A DNA stretch of 64,000 bases from an uncultured Desulfarculus sp. (GTDB lineage: Bacteria > Desulfobacterota > Desulfarculia > Desulfarculales > Desulfarculaceae): assembly GCA_963665125.2 (NCBI GenBank), contig CAXXUK010000001.1:3008001-3072000 (forward strand), written 5' to 3'. A model generated the notes under the pieces. The model did not search any database. It saw nothing but the letters and a program-made list of their open reading frames with translations, and was not told the DNA's origin. Both the position numbers and the translations under genes were made by a program. Below, in pieces: positions 60,819 to 64,000 of this stretch. The first letter of the stretch is position 1; every line of letters starts with the position of its first letter.

Positions 60819-61367
60819 CTACTTGACCAGGGGCAGCACCTGCTTGAACTGGTCGGTTCCCGCCTTTTTCAGCACCTCGTAGATGAACATCTCGGTGGAG
60901 GAGACCACCGCCCCGGCCGCGGCCAGGCGGTCCAGGGCCACATTAAGGTTGCCCTCGGTGCGCGAACCCACCGCGTCGGCAATCACATGCACTCCATAGC
61001 CCTGGGCCAGGGCGCTCAGGGTTGTCTGGGCCACGCAGATATGGGCCTCGATGCCGCAGACGACCAGGGTCTTGCGCCCGGCGGCCAAAACGGCCCGGCC
61101 GAATTCGCCTTGTCCAAAGCAGTCGAAGCTGATCTTTTCGATGGCCTCCATCCCCTCCGGCAGGGCCTGGGCCAGGGGCGGCACTATCTCGCCCAGCTTT
61201 TGCTGGCGGCAGACGATCACCGGCAATACGGCGATGGCCGCGAACTTGGCCAGGCGCACGCAGTTGGCCAGGATGTCATCCTTGCCGTTGATCACCGGCA
61301 GCAGTTTCTCCTGCACGTCCACTATGACCAGGGCGCAGTCCGAGTCGGTCAGCAGTCTTTGGGGCAT
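60819..61367 (-). CDS. Isochorismatase-family hydrolase
   Basis: VDVQEKL, GIEAHICV.QT, DAVGSR. Confidence 0.9.
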   Translation of the reverse strand: MPQRLLTDSDCALVIVDVQEKLLPVINGKDDILANCVRLAKFAAIAVLPVIVCRQQKLGEIVPPLAQALPEGMEAIEKISFDCFGQGEFGRAVLAAGRKTLVVCGIEAHICVAQTTLSALAQGYGVHVIADAVGSRTEGNLNVALDRLAAAGAVVSSTEMFIYEVLKKAGTDQFKQVLPLVK

Positions 61368-61386
61368 GGGGGCTCCTTAAGCGAAA

Positions 61387-62724
61387 TCATTCATCAATGC
61401 CGCCGTTGTGCCGCCAAAAGGGGCGGCAGGCGTGGGACCTGCAGGCCGGGGGCAGGCGCAGGGGCAATTCTCCGGCCTCCAGATGCTCGCCAGCCGGAGT
61501 TTGGGCGTCGGCGGACGGCCAAGACTCGGATATTTTGCCATAGGCCTTGGACAGGGGCCAAGCGCTTAGTCCGTGGAGGATCACCGACAGGAACACGGTT
61601 ATCCCCACCACGATGAGCACGGTCTCTTGCCCGGGAATTTTGGAGCCTTCCAGAAGCAACATGGCGAACAGGATTGAGGCCAGGCCACGGGGCCCGAACC
61701 AGCCGATGTAATAAACCGTGGGCCTGCGCAGGCCCGAGCCGACGAGGGACAGGGCCACCGGCGCCATGCGCAGAACCGTCAGGCTCAAGACGGCGTAGAG
61801 CCAGTGCACCGGCGTGGCATGGCTTATGGCCGGCCAGGCCATCATGGCCCCGAAGGACATGAACGCGCCCAGGGCGAAAAGCTGGCCCTCGGCCTCGGCG
61901 AATTCATACAGGGCGTCGCAGACTTTGCGGGCCGTGTTGCCCAGGGTCAGACCGGCGACGAACGTGCTGATCAGGCCGCTGGCACCGGCCATGTCGGCCA
62001 GGCAATAGGCCAGGGCCGCCAGGCTCAGGGAAGACAAATCCTGAAACGTATTGTTGCTGTAGCCGCGTTTGTCGGCCCAGCTCAGCAGCCAGCCGCCGAT
62101 AAGGCCCACGGCGATGCCCACCACCGGCGCCACCAACAGCTGTCTGGCCGTAAACAGGGTCCAATAGGGCCAGCCCCGCTGGTCCGGAACCATGGCCGCC
62201 AAAGAGGCGAAGACCAGCACCAGGGGCAGGGCCATGCCGTCGTTGAGGCCCGATTCCACATTCAGGGCCTGGCGCACCCGCAAAGGGGTCTGCTCGTTGG
62301 TCACCACGGCCTGGCCCAGGGCCGCGTCCGTGGGGGCCAGGATGGCCGAAAGCAGGGCCGCCGCCCACAGGCTCAGACCCGGCAGGAGCCACAAGGCCGC
62401 TCCCCATCCGACAAGCACGCACAGTGGCAGGCCCACGCCCAGCAGGCGCAGGGGTATGTTGTAGTTTTTGCGCAGCTCGGCCAGGTTGATGCGCGAGGCG
62501 TCGGTGAACAGCACCAGGGCCAGGGTGGCCTCGGCCAGGGCCTTGATCACGGCGCTGTTGATCTGCACCTTGAGAATATCGGCGAACGACGGCCCCAAGA
62601 GCATGCCCAGGAACATGAAGACCATGGCCGGGGTCAGGGGCGTTTTTTCCAGGCGGCCGCTGAACAGGCCGAAACCCAGCACCAACAGGGCCAACAAAGG
62701 CAGGGTGTAGTGATCCACGGGCAT
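61387..62724 (-). CDS. Cation:proton antiporter (CPA1/NhaP-like)
   Basis: LFTDA, APTDAAL, ESGLNDG, WFGPRGLAS. Confidence 0.92.
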   Translation of the reverse strand: MPVDHYTLPLLALLVLGFGLFSGRLEKTPLTPAMVFMFLGMLLGPSFADILKVQINSAVIKALAEATLALVLFTDASRINLAELRKNYNIPLRLLGVGLPLCVLVGWGAALWLLPGLSLWAAALLSAILAPTDAALGQAVVTNEQTPLRVRQALNVESGLNDGMALPLVLVFASLAAMVPDQRGWPYWTLFTARQLLVAPVVGIAVGLIGGWLLSWADKRGYSNNTFQDLSSLSLAALAYCLADMAGASGLISTFVAGLTLGNTARKVCDALYEFAEAEGQLFALGAFMSFGAMMAWPAISHATPVHWLYAVLSLTVLRMAPVALSLVGSGLRRPTVYYIGWFGPRGLASILFAMLLLEGSKIPGQETVLIVVGITVFLSVILHGLSAWPLSKAYGKISESWPSADAQTPAGEHLEAGELPLRLPPACRSHACRPFWRHNGGIDE

Positions 62725-62784
62725 TCTCCACCAGCAGTGATGGAGCCAGTTTAGCAGATACGGTCCGGGAAATGGCGTTTGAGC

Positions 62785-63729
62785 TTAGCGGCTCAACCCG
62801 GCCCGAACATCTTCGAGCATTTCCACGGAGTCGCGGATCTGGCCCGCTTCGTACATGGGCCGCACCTCCAGGACCATGCGCGGGCAGCCCTCCAATAGCC
62901 TGAGGATCTCCGGCCAGTCCCGCTCGCCCATGCCCGGCGGCATGTGGTCGTCCGGGCCGATGCTGTCGTGCAGGTGCGCGCCCAGGAGCTTGTCCCGGAA
63001 CAGGTGCACCCATTCGTCCACCTGGGCCACCCCGGCCAGGGCCTGGGTGTAGGCGTGGCCCGTGTCATACCAGGCGCCCAGGCGCGCGCCCTCGAAGCGC
63101 TCAAACAAGAGCGCGGCCTCGGCGGCGTTGGGCAGCTCCGAGGCGTGGTTGCGGTTTTCAAGGGCCAGGCTAACGCCCAGCTTTTCGGCCCGGGACAACA
63201 GCCGCTCCAGGGAAAAGCTGGCCGCGTCCATGTGCCGGGCCGCGATCCCGGCGCGCAGGGCCAGGTGTTCGGCCATTTCGGCCGTGAGTTGGCCCTGGCG
63301 GGCCGTGGCCGGGGTGATTTTCTTGTCCAGCACGTCGGTTATCTGGCCCAAATGCAGCACCAGGGCCCCCACCTCAAGGTCCGAAGCCAGTTCCATGGAG
63401 ATGGCCGCGTGCTTCACGGCCAGGGCCCGTTCTTCCTTGTCCAGGTGAGCCAGGTTGAAGGCGTCGCCGCTGCCGGTGGCCATGCCCGGCGGCGTGGGGA
63501 TGTAATTGTGCAGCGAGACGATCCCGATGCCCCGTTGGGCCAGCTCCGGCACGACAATGTCCAGGACCTCCCGCCGCAGACGGTATTCCAGCTCCAGGTG
63601 CCGGATGCCGCTGTCGTCGATGCGCTCCAAAATGCCGGAGGCCACTTCGGCGGGTTGCAGCGCGGGGCCGTCCAGGGGGCGTTTGATCTGGGCCCAAACC
63701 GTGGACAAGGCCAATGGTGTTTGTTCCAT
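62785..63729 (-). CDS. Sugar phosphate isomerase/epimerase (AP endonuclease 2 TIM barrel) family
   Basis: LHN, LALEN, DTGHA, HLHD, DH.PPG.G, VLE. Confidence 0.85.
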   Translation of the reverse strand: MEQTPLALSTVWAQIKRPLDGPALQPAEVASGILERIDDSGIRHLELEYRLRREVLDIVVPELAQRGIGIVSLHNYIPTPPGMATGSGDAFNLAHLDKEERALAVKHAAISMELASDLEVGALVLHLGQITDVLDKKITPATARQGQLTAEMAEHLALRAGIAARHMDAASFSLERLLSRAEKLGVSLALENRNHASELPNAAEAALLFERFEGARLGAWYDTGHAYTQALAGVAQVDEWVHLFRDKLLGAHLHDSIGPDDHMPPGMGERDWPEILRLLEGCPRMVLEVRPMYEAGQIRDSVEMLEDVRAGLSR

Positions 63730-63798
63730 GGTGCTCCGTAAAAAAGCGGCTTCCGCCTTTGGGGGCGGAAGCCTATGGCAAATCATTTCAACTGGTTG

Positions 63799-64000
63799 CT
63801 ACGGCTTCACGTAGTTGCTGATGCATACCTGGCCGGTCTTTTTGAATTGGCTCCAGAACGGGCTGATGGCCCTGAGCTTTTCAATAATGCCCGGCATGTG
63901 CTCCAGCACGTAGTCGACCTGGTCTTCGGTGTTGTACACGCTCAGCGAAAACCGGATGCTGCCGTGGGCCGCCGTATAGGGCACGCCCATGGCCCGCAGC
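63799..64000 (-). CDS. nifS: Cysteine desulfurase, C-terminal part (runs off window)
   Basis: LRAMGVP.TAAHGSIRFSLS.YN...LR.ISP. Confidence 0.88.
   Translation of the reverse strand, partial: LRAMGVPYTAAHGSIRFSLSVYNTEDQVDYVLEHMPGIIEKLRAISPFWSQFKKTGQVCISNYVKP

Overview
GC-rich bacterial chromosome segment. Gene content (Sec-containing SelD, Bilophila-type Tpa, LiuR, divergent PGK, several c-di-GMP enzymes) suggests an anaerobic deltaproteobacterium/Desulfobacterota; this assignment is inference. About 60 CDSs: partial uvrB, cysS-ispDF, many secreted hypothetical proteins (VWA repeat protein, tectonin, MltF-like), an MCP, a 12-kb LiuR-controlled liu/atu hybrid acyl-CoA cluster, pgk, a LysR-HAD-selD(Sec) operon, a GGDEF/HD-GYP block, rlmE-yebC-ruvC-ruvA-[5-gene insert]-ruvB, tpa-ald-gntR and partial nifS. 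No rRNA, tRNA, CRISPR or transposase was seen. The most novel signal is non-coding: a dispersed modular intergenic repeat. Module R1 has three copies with compensatory base changes and two hairpins whose loops all read C-ANGGAY-G (CsrA/RsmA-type). Module R2 follows R1 in two copies, also occurs alone, and forms a 92-bp tandem amplification. All family assignments are by motif recognition; no searches were run.
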